The notes under the pieces were generated by a model. That model searched no databases. It saw only the letters and a list, made by a program, of their open reading frames with translations, and was not told the DNA's origin. The position numbers and the translations under genes are program-made. Source: Candidatus Woesearchaeota archaeon (GTDB lineage Archaea; Nanobdellota; Nanobdellia; SCGC-AAA011-G17; VGLX01). From it: DNA of 59,749 nt. The DNA is taken from assembly GCA_964428965.1 (NCBI GenBank), contig CAYSAF010000004.1, positions 1 through 59,749 on the forward strand, in the 5' to 3' direction. Below are positions 57,380-59,749 of the stretch, piece by piece; the first letter of the stretch is position 1; each line of letters begins with the position of its first letter.

Positions 57380-58549
57380 GTGCCACATACAAAATTTTCA
57401 GATGGTTATATTTACCTCAATAAAGAGGAGGTAACTAATTATTTTACAATAGAAGGTAATCGACTATCACTAAAAGATTCGATAGCTAAACCCATTAAAA
57501 TAAACTTACCATTCAAAATTGATGAGAATGTCGCAAAAATTTCTGCAATGCTTTTAGATGGTTCATTAAACAAAAATCTTAGTGGTGTTATGTTTTCTCA
57601 AAAGAAAGACAAAAATAAGGTAACAGAATTTAGTAAAATAGTAAAAGAATACTTTGGTTTAGTGGGAAGATTTTCAATTCGTAGCGATACCGGTACTTCT
57701 ATTGTTACAATAAGTAGTAAAACATTGAGTACTTTTCTTCACAAATCTCTTGGTTTATCAAAATCAGACGAGCCAACACGAATTCCCTTGTGGGTTTGGA
57801 ACTCACCTAAATCTGTAGTAATAGAATACTTGAGGTATGCTTATGCTATGGAAGGTTCAATTAACCATCCTTCAAAGGCAGCTGAAATAAGATTTCATAG
57901 TGTTTCCTTGCCTTATATAAAAGATTTAAAGAAACTCCTATTCGAAAAATTCAAAATAGATTCTAAAATCCAGAGGTATTACATCAAGGATTATGGATGG
58001 AAATATTTTTTATATTTTTGTAGTAGAAAAAATATTATCAAGTTCAAAGATATAGGCTTTGCGTTGAAGTCTCACCAAGACAGATTAGAAAAAGTTAGCT
58101 CTTCGTTTAAAAATAAATCTTGGGAGATTATGTTGGTTAATATTTTAGGTTTGTATAAAAATATATTTACTTTAAATGATATGAACAAAAAATTTTCATA
58201 CCTTTGTAAAAGGGCAGTTCATTGGAGGTTAACGAATCTAGTAAATATGGGTTATTTGAGAAAAGAAAAGGATGGGTATTCCATCACAGGAGCAGGATAC
58301 TTACTGGCTTTATGCTTACTAAACAGAGTAAGGACAACTAGATTAAGAACAAATCCAAGAAAGAATGAAGATGCAGTTCTAAACTTCTTAAATTCTAATG
58401 GTAAGGGCTATAGAAATGAGATAGCAAGAAAAGTAGGTGTACACCCTGCAACCGTCCGTGATACTCTTTTAAGACTGGTTAAACAGCAGAAAATACAGTT
58501 AATTGTCTCTGACAAATTCCAAAGAAAGTTCTATTCTATCAAATCATAA
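57380..58549 (+). CDS. Free-standing double-motif LAGLIDADG-type protein with C-terminal winged-helix domains (GTG start)
   Basis: ISAMLLDGSL and LRYAYAMEGSI motifs; C-terminal YRNEIARKVGVHPATVRDTLLRLVKQ HTH; AT-rich. Confidence 0.75.
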   Translation: MPHTKFSDGYIYLNKEEVTNYFTIEGNRLSLKDSIAKPIKINLPFKIDENVAKISAMLLDGSLNKNLSGVMFSQKKDKNKVTEFSKIVKEYFGLVGRFSIRSDTGTSIVTISSKTLSTFLHKSLGLSKSDEPTRIPLWVWNSPKSVVIEYLRYAYAMEGSINHPSKAAEIRFHSVSLPYIKDLKKLLFEKFKIDSKIQRYYIKDYGWKYFLYFCSRKNIIKFKDIGFALKSHQDRLEKVSSSFKNKSWEIMLVNILGLYKNIFTLNDMNKKFSYLCKRAVHWRLTNLVNMGYLRKEKDGYSITGAGYLLALCLLNRVRTTRLRTNPRKNEDAVLNFLNSNGKGYRNEIARKVGVHPATVRDTLLRLVKQQKIQLIVSDKFQRKFYSIKS

Positions 58550-58581
58550 CTTTTTTATACACCAAAAATTTTAGCTTTGTT

Positions 58582-59250
58582 ATGGTATTGACTCTTGGGA
58601 TTGACGAAAGCGGGCGTGGACCAGTAATCGGTAGCATGTTCATAGTTGGAGCTATGTTTGAAGAAGAAAAATTGAAAGAATTAACAAGGATTGGGGTTAA
58701 GGATTCTAAACTTTTATTACATCATAAAAGGGTGGAATTAGCAGAGAAAATTAAGGCGTTGGCAAAGAGGATTAAAGTGGTTAAAGTTGAGCCTGCAGAA
58801 ATAGACCTGGCTGTTGATGGCAAAGACGGGCTTAATCTTAACTGGCTCGAGGCTGTGAAACAGGCTGAAATCATAAATGATCTAAGGCCGGATAGAGTTG
58901 TTATAGACTGTCCAAGTCCTAATATTAAAGCATATACTGAATTTTTGATGGGTTACATAAAAGATGAAATAAGGGATAATATTGAGTTGATTGTTGATCA
59001 CAAAGCTGATAAGAATTATGTGGAATGTAGTAGCGCCTCTATTATTGCTAAGGTGGAACGTAATAAAGAAATAGAAGAGTTGGAGAAAAAGTACGGAGAG
59101 ATTGGTCCCGGCTACCAGTCAAATCCCATAACCCAAGAATTTATCAAGGAGAATTGGGAGAAGCACCCTGAAATTTTCCGTAAGTCTTGGATTACCTGGC
59201 AGAATCACAGGAAGGCTAAGGGCCAGAAAAAGATTGATGATTTTGATTAA
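58582..59250 (+). CDS. rnhB: Ribonuclease HII
   Basis: GIDESGRGPVIG, GVKDSK, VVIDC, HKAD...SASIIAK. Confidence 0.95.
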   Translation: MVLTLGIDESGRGPVIGSMFIVGAMFEEEKLKELTRIGVKDSKLLLHHKRVELAEKIKALAKRIKVVKVEPAEIDLAVDGKDGLNLNWLEAVKQAEIINDLRPDRVVIDCPSPNIKAYTEFLMGYIKDEIRDNIELIVDHKADKNYVECSSASIIAKVERNKEIEELEKKYGEIGPGYQSNPITQEFIKENWEKHPEIFRKSWITWQNHRKAKGQKKIDDFD

Positions 59251-59609
59251 CTGTACAAGATTATTTTGTTGCCATACCTATCTATTCTACCTTCTCTTCT
59301 AAGTTTTTGTATCTCACCTTCTGCAGTTTTTTCTTTTGAGTATATTATTGAGAATGTCAGTTCTGAAAGTGTTTTCGGGTTGTTATGGGGGCATACGTCT
59401 CTATCTATTATTTTATCCGCTAAGCATTCTAAAGATATAATATCTAGGGAATCTTCTTTTTGGTTATATTCCAACACAATTTTGCAACTTCCATGTCTTT
59501 TATGTTCTACCAAAAACAATTCAACCTCTTCTAAAATTAAATCGGACTCTGGTAACTCATATTGTTTTGCTATCCCTTTTATTCTTTCAATTAAATCCAT
59601 AGCCCACAA
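59247..59609 (-). CDS. Hypothetical protein
   Basis: 120-aa ORF convergent on rnhB. Confidence 0.5.
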   Translation of the reverse strand: MWAMDLIERIKGIAKQYELPESDLILEEVELFLVEHKRHGSCKIVLEYNQKEDSLDIISLECLADKIIDRDVCPHNNPKTLSELTFSIIYSKEKTAEGEIQKLRREGRIDRYGNKIILYS

Positions 59610-59749
59610 ATAAGCCTTATCCTTATAAATATTTATTTACTTGATTACATGGCTGATTCAGGAGTAGCAAAACATCTGTAAACAATATTTCTAGTTTTTA
59701 ATTCCGTAATTCCTTACCAGTCTTTGACTGGTGGTGTTATGCATAAGCT

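Noticed and set aside
59640-59749. Partial minus-strand ORF at the window edge
   Set aside because: Too short and truncated to call.

Overview
Archaeal chromosomal window, most consistent with a DPANN (Woesearchaeota/Nanobdellota-like) genome; this taxonomy is inferred from gene content and was not verified. It holds housekeeping genes (EF-2, class II LysRS, thermosome, CCA enzyme, proteasome beta, aCPSF1, RtcA, RNase HII), four tRNA genes, a type IV/Tad-like pilus locus with several KaiC-like paralogs, a type II R-M pair, a solo TnpB, a MITE and many toxin-antitoxin modules. The main result is bulge-helix-bulge (BHB) introns, read directly from the sequence. (1) The EF-2 gene is interrupted inside its GTPase P-loop (AHID|HGKTT) by a 31-nt intron that folds into a canonical BHB and contains an in-frame stop, so the mRNA must be spliced to make EF-2. 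(2) The initiator tRNA-Met gene spans 199 nt and resolves into a normal 78-nt tRNA after removing five BHB-type introns (29/30, 37/38, 43/44, 53/54, 59/60). It lies between RtcA and a free-standing LAGLIDADG-type ORF. Three small (0.7-2.8 kb) integrase-free islets are each bounded by a duplicate of the 3' end of lysS, tRNA-Gly or (diverged) tRNA-Ser. All functional calls come from motif recognition by eye, not database searches.
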